The position numbers and the translations under genes are program-made. A DNA stretch of 64,000 nt from Candidatus Multivorans sp. (GTDB taxonomy: Bacteria > Acidobacteriota > Thermoanaerobaculia > Multivoradales > Multivoraceae): positions 2,272,001 to 2,336,000 of the forward strand of contig OZ251997.1 of NCBI GenBank assembly GCA_965247095.1, read 5' to 3'. Below are positions 1 to 8,902 of the stretch, piece after piece. The notes beneath the pieces were generated by a model that saw nothing but the letters and a program-made list of their open reading frames with translations, was not told the DNA's origin and did no database searches. Each line of letters begins with the position of its first letter. Within the stretch, counting starts at the first letter, position 1.

Positions 1-2
1 GG

Positions 3-482
3 CGCCTGAGCGCCGAGCAGTTGGCCGACGCCGTCGCCCGCGCCACGGGCTCGCGGTTCGAGATCGACACCCTGCCCGAGGACTTCGACGCCACCGCCCT
101 GCCCGACCCCCACGTGATGACCGCGAGCATGGGCATCGAGGGCTTCCTCGACCTGTTCGGCAAGCCGGACCGCGAAACCGCCTGCGAGTGCGAGCGGAAG
201 ACGGAGATGAGCCTGCCCCAGGCGCTCAGCCTGCTCAACGGCGCCGTCATCGCCGACGCGATCGCCGACCCCGAGGGCCGGGTGGCGAATCTCGTGCTCT
301 CAGGAAGGGACAACGAGGAGCTGATCGCCGAGCTCTACCTCGCCGCCCTCGGCCGCCATCCGACCGACGACGAGGCCCAACTCGCCGAAGGCCACTTCGA
401 GACGGCAAGCAGCCGCACCGCCGCCGCCCAGGACCTGATGTGGGCGCTCCTCAACTCGAACGCCTTCCTCTTCAACTCGTAA
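3..482 (+). CDS. DUF1553 (PSD1)-domain protein, C-terminal part (open at window start)
   Basis: Frame open from the window start: RLSAEQLADA...FGKPDRETACECER...QALSLLNG...DLMWALLNSNAFLFN, typical DUF1553 C-terminal motifs; followed by a DUF1501 gene as usual. Confidence 0.85.
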   Translation, partial: RLSAEQLADAVARATGSRFEIDTLPEDFDATALPDPHVMTASMGIEGFLDLFGKPDRETACECERKTEMSLPQALSLLNGAVIADAIADPEGRVANLVLSGRDNEELIAELYLAALGRHPTDDEAQLAEGHFETASSRTAAAQDLMWALLNSNAFLFNS

Positions 483-499
483 GCTCTAGGAGCTCCGAC

Positions 500-1954
500 A
501 TGCTCGTGATCCCAGGAAAGTCCGGCCACACCTGCGATGGCCCGACCCGGCGGGAGTTCCTCCGCGTCGGCTCGCTCGGCATCTTCGGCATCTCGCTCAG
601 CCAGGCGCTGGCGCTCCGTGACGCGCACGCCGCCACCGCCGCGGCCGACGCGATTGGCGGCGGCGCCGGCTTCGACCGGGCGAAGTCCGTCATCCTGCTC
701 TTCCTCCAGGGCGGCCCGAGCCACATCGACATCTGGGATCCGAAGCCCGACGCGCCCACCAACATCCGCGGCGACTTCAGCGCCATCGACACCAAGGTGC
801 CCGGCATCCGGCTCTCCGAGACGATGCCGCTCCTGGCCGACCAGGTCGACAAGTGCACCCTGATCCGCTCGATGAGCTACACCCCGAAGGGGCTCTTCAA
901 CCACACCGCCGCGATCTACCAGATGCTCACCGGCTACCCGCCCGACCGCGTCTCGCCCTCGGGCCAGCTCGAACCGCCGAGCCCCGCCGACTTCCCCACT
1001 GCCGGCGCCCAAATCTCGAAGCTCAAGCCCCTCGACGATCCGATGCTTCCCTTCGTCGAGCTCCCGCGTCCGCTCCAGGAATCGAACGTAATCGGCAAGG
1101 GAGGCGCTGCCGGCTTCCTCGGCAAGGCTTACGACCCCTACCGGCTCTACCAGGATCCGAACCAGCCGATCGAGCTCAGCGATCTGGAACTGCGCAAGGA
1201 GACCTCCCCCGAACGCCTCGCCGGCCGCTTCGAGCTCCGCAAGGGCCTGAACGCCTCCATGCCCGACCTCGAAAAGGCAGTCGCCAATTCCGCGCTCGAC
1301 GAGTACTACGAGAAGGCCTACGACCTCGTGCTCTCCGGCAAGGCCCGCCAGGCCTTCGACCTCTCCAACGAGAACGACGACATGCGCGAGCGCTACGGCC
1401 GCAACACCTTCGGCCAGGGCGCGCTCATGGCCCGGCGACTGATCGAGGCCGGCACCCGCTTCGTGCAGCTCAACTGGCCCGCCGTCGCCAACGGCAACCC
1501 CGAGATCGACTCCTGGGACACCCACGCCGCCAACTTCGGCCCACTCCGCAACCTGCACTGCCCCGTCCTCGACCGAGCCCTATCGGCGCTGCTCTCCGAC
1601 ATGGACGACCGCGGCCTGCTCGACGAGACCCTCGTCGTCGCCGTCGGCGAGTTCGGCCGCTCTCCGCGCCTCGGCGTCAGCACCTCCGGCAACAGCAACT
1701 CCCCCGACGGCCGCGACCACTGGCCCTACTGCTACACCGCCCTGGTCGCCGGCGCCGGCGTCTCCCGCGGCCAGCTCTACGGCGAATCCGACGAGACCGG
1801 CTCCTCACCCCGCGAGAAGCCCGTCCACCCGAACGACCTGCTGGCGACCGTGTACCACACGCTCGGCATCGACCCGGCCATGGAGATCCTGAACCACCTG
1901 GATCAGCCGAGGGAGCTGGTCAAGGGCGAAGTGATTCGGGGTTTGTGGGGGTAG
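500..1954 (+). CDS. DUF1501 family protein (Tat-like signal)
   Basis: AGGAG upstream of ATG 500; TRREFLRVG twin-arginine-like motif; LFLQGGPSHIDIWDPKP, WDTH, GEFGRSP, GRDHWP motifs. Confidence 0.9.
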   Translation: MLVIPGKSGHTCDGPTRREFLRVGSLGIFGISLSQALALRDAHAATAAADAIGGGAGFDRAKSVILLFLQGGPSHIDIWDPKPDAPTNIRGDFSAIDTKVPGIRLSETMPLLADQVDKCTLIRSMSYTPKGLFNHTAAIYQMLTGYPPDRVSPSGQLEPPSPADFPTAGAQISKLKPLDDPMLPFVELPRPLQESNVIGKGGAAGFLGKAYDPYRLYQDPNQPIELSDLELRKETSPERLAGRFELRKGLNASMPDLEKAVANSALDEYYEKAYDLVLSGKARQAFDLSNENDDMRERYGRNTFGQGALMARRLIEAGTRFVQLNWPAVANGNPEIDSWDTHAANFGPLRNLHCPVLDRALSALLSDMDDRGLLDETLVVAVGEFGRSPRLGVSTSGNSNSPDGRDHWPYCYTALVAGAGVSRGQLYGESDETGSSPREKPVHPNDLLATVYHTLGIDPAMEILNHLDQPRELVKGEVIRGLWG

Positions 1955-2083
1955 GGCCCGTTCACCGTCGCGACGGCCCCACTCTCTCGATCCAGGCATT
2001 CCTCGCCGTCGTCAGGCGTCCCAGTGCCGCCCGGATCAAAGAGCGTGCGATCGGCTAGCCTCAGGTCAACGGAGGAAGACCGC

Positions 2084-2296
2084 ATGAGGCCAAACGAGAT
2101 CATCTTCGAGGTCACCGAAGCGTGTGAGGGCGGATACGACGCCAAGGCGCTCGGCTACAGCATCTTCACGGAAGGCGACGACTGGGAGGATCTGAAAGAG
2201 ATGGTCCGAGACGCAGTACTCTGCCACTTCGACGAAGAGAACGCTCCCAGGGTCATCCGGTTGCACCTCGTCACAGAGGAGGCCATCGCGGTATGA
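2084..2296 (+). CDS. hicB: HicB-like antitoxin (short form)
   Basis: GGAGG RBS; EIIFEVTEACEGGYDAKALGYSIFTEGDDWEDLKEMVRDAV matches the short HicB-fold family; directly upstream of hicA. Confidence 0.75.
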   Translation: MRPNEIIFEVTEACEGGYDAKALGYSIFTEGDDWEDLKEMVRDAVLCHFDEENAPRVIRLHLVTEEAIAV

Positions 2297-2302
2297 AGCG
2301 AT

Positions 2303-2551
2303 ATGAAGCTGCCTCGCGACCTCTCCGGTAGCGAGGCCGCAAAGCGGCTCCGCCGCCAGTACGGTTACCGCGTGACTCGAACCAGGGGCAGTCACATGAC
2401 CCTTGCCTTGACCGTCGGCGACAAGAGCCACACTGTGACCGTGCCTCGCCATCGGAATCTGCGAGTCGGAACCCTCAACGAGATCGTCGGCAGCGTCTCG
2501 GCGTTTCTTGGCTTGGCGAAGGGCGAGGTGCGTGAAGCACTCTTTCGGTGA
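2303..2551 (+). CDS. hicA: HicA family toxin
   Basis: MKLPRDLSG...GYRVTRTRGSH...VTVPRHRNLRVGTL; the GSH catalytic motif is present. Confidence 0.9.
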   Translation: MKLPRDLSGSEAAKRLRRQYGYRVTRTRGSHMTLALTVGDKSHTVTVPRHRNLRVGTLNEIVGSVSAFLGLAKGEVREALFR

Positions 2552-2558
2552 GACCGAA

Positions 2559-2947
2559 GTGGACCGGCGCCGGTTCTGAACGGCGACGGCGCCGTCAAGC
2601 ACCCCGGCCTCGACAACCACGGCATGGGCTCGCTCTTCGAGGAACTGATCCGGCGCTTCAACGAGGAGAACAACGAGGAAGCCGGCGAGCACTTCACGCC
2701 GCGCGACGCCGTCAAACTGATGGCGAACCTCGTCTTCCTGCCGGTCGCAGACCAGATTCGGTCCACGACATACACGCTCTACGATGGCGCCTGCGGCACC
2801 GGCGGCATCCTGACGGTGGCCGAAGACGTGCTGCAGTCGCTCGCCGCCGAGCGCGGGAAGCAGGTCTCCACGCACCTGTTCGGCCAAGAGATCAACGCCG
2901 AGACGGCAAGAAGGACATGAACGATCCCCGCTTTCGGATCGAGCACG
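2559..2947 (+). pseudogene. hsdM: Collapsed hsdM remnant (second copy, two internal deletions)
   Basis: GTGGAC start context like 4460; then sequence homologous to 4920-5259, then a jump to the equivalent of 5441 (GKKDM.DPRF.IEH); missing about 454 and 181 bp relative to the 4460 copy. Confidence 0.9.
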
Positions 2948-2996
2948 GGCATCTCGCATGGTCGGCAGCTCCGGCGTCGCGGGAACGCCGGCGCAG

Positions 2997-3025
2997 TTGA
3001 CACGGATCCCGTGTACACCTACCCT
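2997..3025 (+). promoter_or_regulatory. Sigma70-type promoter with overlapping palindromic operator (leaderless TA transcript)
   Basis: TTGACA(2997-3002)-17 bp-TACCCT(3020-3025), 6 nt before ATG 3032; palindrome ACACGG-ATC-CCGTGT at 3000-3014. Confidence 0.7.
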
Positions 3026-3031
3026 GTGTCC

Positions 3032-3256
3032 ATGAACGTCACACTCTCCATCGACGATCGGGTCGTCGCCGAGGCCCGGCGGATCGCCTCCGTTCGAGGA
3101 ACCAGTCTGAACCAACTCGTTCGGGACTACCTCAACGAGCTGACCCGAACTGACGACGCGGAAGCGGTGATCGCAAGGCTCAACGCGCTCTGGACCGAAG
3201 AGGACTACCGCTCGCAGGGGCCGTGGACGCGCGAGGAGCTGCATGAGCGGTCGTGA
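3032..3256 (+). CDS. Ribbon-helix-helix antitoxin (DUF6364-like)
   Basis: MNVTLSIDDRVVAEARRIA...TSLNQLVRDYL...WTREELHER; overlaps the PIN gene. Confidence 0.85.
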   Translation: MNVTLSIDDRVVAEARRIASVRGTSLNQLVRDYLNELTRTDDAEAVIARLNALWTEEDYRSQGPWTREELHERS

Positions 3257-3659
3257 GTTCCTTGACACGAACGTTCTGATCTACGCCCACGACGCCCGCG
3301 ACACGCGCAAGCGGACATGCGCCCGCGAGTTGATCCGCCGCCTCCTGCGCGAGCAGCGCGGGGTCCTCTCGTTGCAGGTCCTGCAGGAGTTCTTCGCTGC
3401 CGCCACACGAAAGCTGAGTATGAGCAGCGAGGACGCCCGACGCCGCATCATGCAGTACTCCCGATTCGACGTCGTGACCCTCGACACGGTCGATCTGATC
3501 GCGGCGGTCGATCTGCACCGGCTACATCAAGTGTCCATCTGGGACGCCCTCATCGTGCGGGCGGCGATCAACGGCGCCTGCACGACCCTGCACACCGAGG
3601 ACATGCAGGAAGGCTACGTCGTCGAGACGCTGACGCTCCGGAATCCGTTTCAGCCTTGA
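3243..3659 (+). CDS. vapC: PIN-domain (VapC) toxin
   Basis: FLDTNVLIYA, QVLQEF, SIWDALIV, TEDM acidic catalytic motifs. Confidence 0.9.
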   Translation: MSGREFLDTNVLIYAHDARDTRKRTCARELIRRLLREQRGVLSLQVLQEFFAAATRKLSMSSEDARRRIMQYSRFDVVTLDTVDLIAAVDLHRLHQVSIWDALIVRAAINGACTTLHTEDMQEGYVVETLTLRNPFQP

Positions 3660-3695
3660 CCGGCGACGCCGCGGTACGCCCGCAAGACCCTGAGG

Positions 3696-3724
3696 TTGCG
3701 TTGTAGCCGCGTTGAAGCTACATT
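3696..3724 (+). promoter_or_regulatory. Promoter with palindromic operator (leaderless TA transcript)
   Basis: TTGCGT(3696-3701)-17 bp-TACATT(3719-3724), 6 nt before ATG 3731; inverted repeat TGTAGC(3702-3707)...GCTACA(3717-3722). Confidence 0.65.
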
Positions 3725-3730
3725 GCGGCC

Positions 3731-4024
3731 ATGACGACCGTTGCTATTCGCGTGTTGAAGGACCGTCTAAGCGAGTACCTGCGCATCGCTCAGTCGGGCG
3801 AACGGGTCACCGTCACCAGCCGAGGAGCCCCCATCGTAGACCTCGTCCCTCACGCACCGCCAAACATGGACGCAGACGACGAGTTGTTGCGGCTGGCGCG
3901 GGCAGGAGAGGTACGTCTCGGCAGGCCGAACGCCACGGCGGCGTACACGCGCCCGCCAAGGGACCGGCAGTTGCCGCACCATGAAGTGATGGCGATCCTG
4001 GGCGCGGTCCGCGGCGACGGATGA
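3731..4024 (+). CDS. Phd/YefM family antitoxin
   Basis: MTTVAIRVLKDRLSEYLRIAQSGERVTVTSRGAPIVDLVP is a classic Phd N-terminus; ATGA overlap with the toxin. Confidence 0.9.
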   Translation: MTTVAIRVLKDRLSEYLRIAQSGERVTVTSRGAPIVDLVPHAPPNMDADDELLRLARAGEVRLGRPNATAAYTRPPRDRQLPHHEVMAILGAVRGDG

Positions 4025-4458
4025 CGCTCTATGCCGAGAGCAGCGCGGTCCTGTCCTGGCTGTTCGGCGAACCGCCCGGAGACGAAGCGCTCCGGCTACT
4101 GGCATCCGCGTCCACGGTCTTTGCCTCGGAGTTGACGCTCCTCGAGTGCGACCGCGCGATCCGCTGGGCAGAAGCGACCGGCCGGATGGACGCCCGTGAT
4201 GCCGAGGCGGCGCGCTTGCGACTCAAGTCCGAGACGGAGTCATGGAACGTCTTCCGGGTTGGAACCGTCATCATGGACCGCGCGCGCCGCCCCTTCCCAC
4301 GCGAGCCGGTGCGCGCGCTGGACGCGTTGCACCTGGCAACCGCGCTCCGAATCCGCGAGTTCCAGAGAGAGCTGCAAGTCCTCACTTTCGACCATCGCAT
4401 CCGGTCGAACGCCGTTGCCTTGGGGCTCGACATTCTGCCCGTGGACCGGAAGGACTGA
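4021..4458 (+). CDS. vapC: PIN-domain (VapC) toxin
   Basis: LYAESSAVL, LTLLEC, RALDALHLATA, LTFDHR. Confidence 0.88.
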   Translation: MTLYAESSAVLSWLFGEPPGDEALRLLASASTVFASELTLLECDRAIRWAEATGRMDARDAEAARLRLKSETESWNVFRVGTVIMDRARRPFPREPVRALDALHLATALRIREFQRELQVLTFDHRIRSNAVALGLDILPVDRKD

Positions 4459-4459
4459 A

Positions 4460-5968
4460 GTGGACAACGCCTCCCTGAGCTGGATCACGGGCTACATCTG
4501 GGGAATCGCCGACGATGTCCTGCGGGACCTCTTCGTACGCGGCAAGTACCGGGACGTCATCCTGCCGATGACTCTGCTCCGGCGGCTCGATGCCGTGCTG
4601 GAGCCGCGGAAGCAGCACGTCCTGAAGGTGAAGGCGAGCCTCGACGAACTCGGCATCGTGGACCAGGACGCCACCCTTCGAGAAGCTGCGAAGCAGGACT
4701 TCTACAACACGTCGAAGTACGCGTTGCGCGACCTTCGCTCCCGCGCCGGCCGGCAGCGCCTCCGAGCCGACTTCGAGGCCTGGCTCGAAGGCTTCTCCCC
4801 GAACGTCCAGACCATCCTGAACAACTTCGAGTTCCGCAACCAGATCCCGAAGCTATCGAGGGCCGATGCCCTTGGCACGCTGATCGAGAAGCTCACCTCG
4901 CCCGACATCAACCTGGGCCCGGCGCCGGTTCTGAACGGCGACGGCTCCGTGAAGCACCCCGGCCTCGACAACCACGGCATGGGCTCGCTCTTCGAGGAAC
5001 TCATTCGCCTCTTCAACGAGGAGAACAATGAGGAAGCCGGCGAGCACTTCACGCCGCGCGACGCCGTCAAACTGATGGCGAACCTCGTCTTCCTGCCGGT
5101 CGCAGACCAGATCCAGTCGGCAACGTACACGCTCTACGACGGCGCCTGCGGCACGGGCGGCATGCTGACCGTTGCCGAAGACGTCTTGCAGCAACTGGCC
5201 GCCGAACGCGGCAAGCAGGTCTCCACACACCTCTTCGGCCAGGAGATCAACTCGGAGACATACGCCATCTGCAAGGCCGACCTGCTGCTCAAGGGTGAAG
5301 GCCAAGCCGCCGACAACATCATCGGCGGGCCAGAACACTCCACGCTCTCGAACGATGCCTTCCCCACCCGCGAGTTCGACTTCATGCTCTCGAATCCCCC
5401 TTACGGCAAGAGCTGGAAGACGGACCTCCAGCGCATGGGCGGTAAGAAGGACATGCGCGATCCACGCTTCCTAATCGAGCACGACGGCAATCCCGAGTAC
5501 TCCCTGGTTACCCGCAGCAGCGACGGCCAGATGCTGTTCCTCGCCAACAAACTCTCGAAGATGAAGCAGGGGACTCCCCTCGGCAGCCGGATCGCCGAGG
5601 TCCACAACGGCAGCTCCCTCTTCACCGGCGACGCCGGGCAAGGGGAAAGCAACATCCGGCGCTGGATCATCGAGAACGATTGGCTGGAAGCCATCGTCGC
5701 CCTGCCGCTGAACATGTTCTACAACACCGGCATCGCCACCTACGTCTGGGTGCTCACGAACCGGAAGCCCGCCCACCGGCAGGGCAAGGTCCAACTCATC
5801 GACGCCACGAAGTGGTCCCAGCCGCTGCGCAAGAACCTCGGCAAGAAGAACTGCGAGCTCGGCGAAGCGGACATCGCCCGCACCTGCGACGCGACCGAGG
5901 GCCTCCTGGCCGAGATCATCGGCGGCATGGCGCCCGGTCCGCCCGAGGCTCGGACCCGCCGGGTTTAG
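4460..5968 (+). CDS. hsdM: Type I R-M methyltransferase HsdM, probably with a C-terminal internal deletion and in-frame run-on into the next PIN gene
   Basis: IWGIADDVLRD, GEHFTPRD, YDGACGTGGM (SAM binding), SNPPYG (catalytic), FYNTGIATY; jumps from IARTCDA directly to the terminal TEGLLAEIIG motif. Confidence 0.9.
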   Translation: MDNASLSWITGYIWGIADDVLRDLFVRGKYRDVILPMTLLRRLDAVLEPRKQHVLKVKASLDELGIVDQDATLREAAKQDFYNTSKYALRDLRSRAGRQRLRADFEAWLEGFSPNVQTILNNFEFRNQIPKLSRADALGTLIEKLTSPDINLGPAPVLNGDGSVKHPGLDNHGMGSLFEELIRLFNEENNEEAGEHFTPRDAVKLMANLVFLPVADQIQSATYTLYDGACGTGGMLTVAEDVLQQLAAERGKQVSTHLFGQEINSETYAICKADLLLKGEGQAADNIIGGPEHSTLSNDAFPTREFDFMLSNPPYGKSWKTDLQRMGGKKDMRDPRFLIEHDGNPEYSLVTRSSDGQMLFLANKLSKMKQGTPLGSRIAEVHNGSSLFTGDAGQGESNIRRWIIENDWLEAIVALPLNMFYNTGIATYVWVLTNRKPAHRQGKVQLIDATKWSQPLRKNLGKKNCELGEADIARTCDATEGLLAEIIGGMAPGPPEARTRRV

Positions 5969-6412
5969 GTCGACACCTCGGTGTTCGGCGGCTGCGAGGA
6001 CGAGGAGTTCCGGGCACCGTCGCGCCGGTTGTTCGAGCGGTTTCGGCAGGGTGAGTTGACACTGGTCTTCTCCCGCACCATCCTGGACGAGTTGAACCGG
6101 GCGCCGCGGCGCGTCAGAATGACGCTGGACGCGGTGCCTAACGAGCACAGGGAGTTCCTTGAGAGTTCGTCCGAGGTGGAGCTTCTCGCCGAGCGCTACG
6201 TCGCCCGCGGCGTTGTCGGACCGGCGATGCTGGAAGATGCTCTACACATCGCAGCCGCCACCCTCGCCGGCGCCGACCTGCTCGTCAGTTGGAACTTCAA
6301 GCACATCGTGAACGACCGCCGCATCCGCCTCGTCAGCGCCGTCAACCGAGAACTGGGGCACGAATCCCCGAACATCTGCACTCCATGGAGGCTTCTGGAA
6401 GATGACTCCTGA
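5927..6412 (+). pseudogene. PIN-domain toxin with in-frame TAG (5966-5968)
   Basis: MAPGPPEARTRRV*VDTSVFGGCEDEEF aligns with the paralog MFPAPPEQQTLRVYVDTSVFAGCEDEKF (TAC->TAG); DALHIAAA and SWNFKHIV follow. Confidence 0.85.
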
Positions 6413-6641
6413 CACAACAAGGAAGGGAAAGAAGGGGTTTGACTGCGTCGCCTTCCAACGCGAACAGCGGGATCGCATCAGCCGCATGCTGAATGCCATG
6501 ACCCGGGAAGAGCGAGTGGCTTGGCTATGCACCGTGGAGCCAACAGACCCGGTGCTGCGCCGCATCATGCAGGAGGCGCCGCGCGGCACTCTCCGCAAAG
6601 CCGGTGTTCCGCCGCCTCACTCCGAAGCCCGAAAGAGCTAA
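6402..6641 (+). CDS. Small FDCV-motif protein, putative PIN partner/antitoxin (copy 1)
   Basis: KKGFDCVAFQREQRDRI...M..EER..WL...TDPVLRR; overlaps the PIN end; paralogous to neighbours. Confidence 0.7.
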   Translation: MTPDTTRKGKKGFDCVAFQREQRDRISRMLNAMTREERVAWLCTVEPTDPVLRRIMQEAPRGTLRKAGVPPPHSEARKS

Positions 6642-6645
6642 GGGG

Positions 6646-6873
6646 ATGACTGCCAAGACCAAGAAGAAGGAGTTCGACTGCGTTGCCTTCCAGCGCGCGC
6701 AGCGGGACAAACTCGGCAAGAAGTTCGAGACCATGAGCAGCGGGGAGATCGCCGGCTGGATGCGCGACTACCGACCGACAGACCCGAAGCTACGGCGTCT
6801 GGTCGAGCGCCTGCTGGACCGCACCGCCAGCGAGCAGGACGTGCCCTCCCCGGGTCATCGTCTCCCGGCATGA
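6646..6873 (+). CDS. Small FDCV-motif protein (copy 2)
   Basis: AGGGG RBS; KKEFDCVAFQRAQRDKL...TDPKLRR. Confidence 0.7.
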   Translation: MTAKTKKKEFDCVAFQRAQRDKLGKKFETMSSGEIAGWMRDYRPTDPKLRRLVERLLDRTASEQDVPSPGHRLPA

Positions 6874-6918
6874 ACCGCTGGGCCGCCTGTTGGCGGCCGA
6901 ACAAGCCGAAGCGAAGAA

Positions 6919-7110
6919 ATGACGACCAAGGCCAAGAAGGACTACGACTGCGTGGAGTCCGTACGGGAGATCCGGGATCGCATCGGCGCCAAGATGGCCC
7001 GGATGTCCCGCGACGAGCGCGTGAAGTGGCTCAATACAAGGGAGTACTCTGACCCGATCCTCCGGCGATTCGCCGCCAGGCCCGAAGAAGCGCGAAGCAA
7101 CAACCCATAG
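6919..7110 (+). CDS. Small FDCV-motif protein (copy 3)
   Basis: KKDYDCVESVREIRDRI...MSRDERVKWL...SDPILRR. Confidence 0.7.
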   Translation: MTTKAKKDYDCVESVREIRDRIGAKMARMSRDERVKWLNTREYSDPILRRFAARPEEARSNNP

Positions 7111-7122
7111 GCGCTACGCCGC

Positions 7123-7959
7123 ATGTTCCCGGCTCCGCCCGAGCAACAGACGCTCCGCGTGTACGTCGACACCTCCGTGTTCGCCGGCTGCGAGGACGAG
7201 AAGTTCCGCACCGCGTCGCGGCGGTTGTTCGAGCGGTTCCGCGCTGGCGACATGACCCTCGTCCTGTCGGCGGTTACCACTGGCGAACTGGATACGGTGC
7301 CCGAAGCAGCCAGAGCCGTGCTCGGCACGGTGCCCCGGGAGCACACGGAGTTCCTGGAATCGTCGACGGAAGCCGAGCAACTCGCCGACCTCTACATCGA
7401 GGCAGGCGCGGTGGACGCCGCCATGCGGTCCGCCGCCCTGCACGTGGCCTTCGCCACGCTCGCAGGCGTCGACACGCTCGCGACGTGGAACTTCAAGCAC
7501 CTCCTGAACTTCTACCGCTTGCGCCGGTTCCACTGCGTCAACCGGGAGCTCGGACATCCCCATCTGGAGATCCACGAGGCCCAGGCCGTCCTGGGCGAGA
7601 ACATCGTCGACCCGAACAAGAAGGGCTTCGACTGCGTCGCCTTCCAGCGCGAGCAAAGGGACCGCATCAGCCGCCTGCTGAACTCCATGACCGAGGAGGA
7701 GCGGTCGGACTGGCTGTGCAACGTGGAGATCACGGACCCAATTCTCCGCCGCATCTGGGAGCGGTCGCCGCGCGGCACCCTCCGCAAGGCCGGGAATGAA
7801 CCCTCCAAACCCCAGGAAGGGGGCGCCATGACCGCGGGCCCCGACTGCGCGCGATGGTCATCGGCGATTCGCGCTTGCGGGTCACGGACGCCGCGCTCGC
7901 CGAGACCCCACTTCGGTTGGTTCAGTCTCCCGCTGTGCTCATGGTCGTCCGTGGAATGA
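7123..7959 (+). CDS. PIN toxin fused in frame to an FDCV-motif domain; runs on into the hsdS remnant
   Basis: VYVDTSVF, ALHVAFA, TWNFKHL, then without a stop KKGFDCVAFQREQRDRISR...PRGTLRKAG (close to the 6402 ORF); tail after about 7830 is probably read-through. Confidence 0.75.
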   Translation: MFPAPPEQQTLRVYVDTSVFAGCEDEKFRTASRRLFERFRAGDMTLVLSAVTTGELDTVPEAARAVLGTVPREHTEFLESSTEAEQLADLYIEAGAVDAAMRSAALHVAFATLAGVDTLATWNFKHLLNFYRLRRFHCVNRELGHPHLEIHEAQAVLGENIVDPNKKGFDCVAFQREQRDRISRLLNSMTEEERSDWLCNVEITDPILRRIWERSPRGTLRKAGNEPSKPQEGGAMTAGPDCARWSSAIRACGSRTPRSPRPHFGWFSLPLCSWSSVE

Positions 7960-8150
7960 TCCTTGCCCGCAGAGTGCCCATCGCCAGAACGACGGCGCCG
8001 GTAACGATCAACCAGGACATGAAGGCCCTTGCGCCCGGCCCCGCGCTCAACGCGGCCTACATGGCGTCGTTCCTCGATTGCGCTCACGACGGCCTCCTTC
8101 CCCTCATCGACGAAGCAGGGCACGGGACGCGCAGGCTTCCAACCGAGCGT
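7828..8150 (+). pseudogene. hsdS: hsdS remnant (target-recognition-domain fragment)
   Basis: ATG 7828 with GGAAGGGG RBS, then frameshifted VLMVVRGMILARRVPIA...TINQDMKAL...GHGTRRL, recognisable HsdS TRD motifs. Confidence 0.75.
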
Positions 8151-8202
8151 TGCCAACAGAAGCTGCGTTTCGGTGATACTGTGTGGCTGTGAGATCGTGC
8201 CC

Positions 8203-8493
8203 ATGAGGAACATCACCGTTTCCATCGACGACGAGACGTACCGGCGCTCCCGCGTCCGAGCTGCCGAGCTGGACACCTCCGTGTCAGCGCTCGTGCGCCG
8301 CTACCTCAACCGTCTGGCTCAGGGCAAGGGTCTGGATGGCGCAGCGGAAGTGGCCACGGCCGAGACGGAGCGGGAACGTCGCGAGCGCATGCTCTGGGAC
8401 GTGTTCGAGGACATCCGTGCAACGCGGCCGGGCTTCCGAGCCTCCGAGAATCTTCCTCGTGAGGCCCTCCACGACCGCGATGCGTTTCGTTGA
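8203..8493 (+). CDS. Ribbon-helix-helix antitoxin
   Basis: MRNITVSIDDETYRRSRVRAAELDTSVSALVRRYL...LPREALHDR; overlaps the PIN gene. Confidence 0.85.
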   Translation: MRNITVSIDDETYRRSRVRAAELDTSVSALVRRYLNRLAQGKGLDGAAEVATAETERERRERMLWDVFEDIRATRPGFRASENLPREALHDRDAFR

Positions 8494-8902
8494 CACGAAC
8501 GTCCTGATCTACGCGGCCAGCCCCTCTCCGGACGAGGCCGGGAAGCGGCGACGCGCACAGCAGCTACTGAGGGACGGGGACCTCGCCTTGTCGGTTCAAG
8601 TGCTGCAGGAGTTCTACTGGCAAGCGACCCACCGGAGGCGAGGGGATGCACTGACCCCCTCGCAGGCTCTTGGATTCATCGACTCGATCCGCGACTTTCC
8701 GGTTCAGGCCATAACGCAGGACGTGTTTCGGAACGCGGTTGCTCTCAGCCGACGCTTCCAGATCGCATACTGGGACGCAGCCATCCTCGCGGCGGCTCAA
8801 GCCTCCGGCTGCGATGCGGTCTACTCCGAAGACCTGAGCCACGAACAGGACTACGGCGGCATACGCGTCATCGACCCCTTTGGCGAGGCAGCCCGCCGAT
8901 GA
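8480..8902 (+). CDS. vapC: PIN-domain (VapC) toxin
   Basis: MRFVDTNVLIYA, QVLQEFY, YWDAAIL, YSEDL. Confidence 0.9.
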   Translation: MRFVDTNVLIYAASPSPDEAGKRRRAQQLLRDGDLALSVQVLQEFYWQATHRRRGDALTPSQALGFIDSIRDFPVQAITQDVFRNAVALSRRFQIAYWDAAILAAAQASGCDAVYSEDLSHEQDYGGIRVIDPFGEAARR

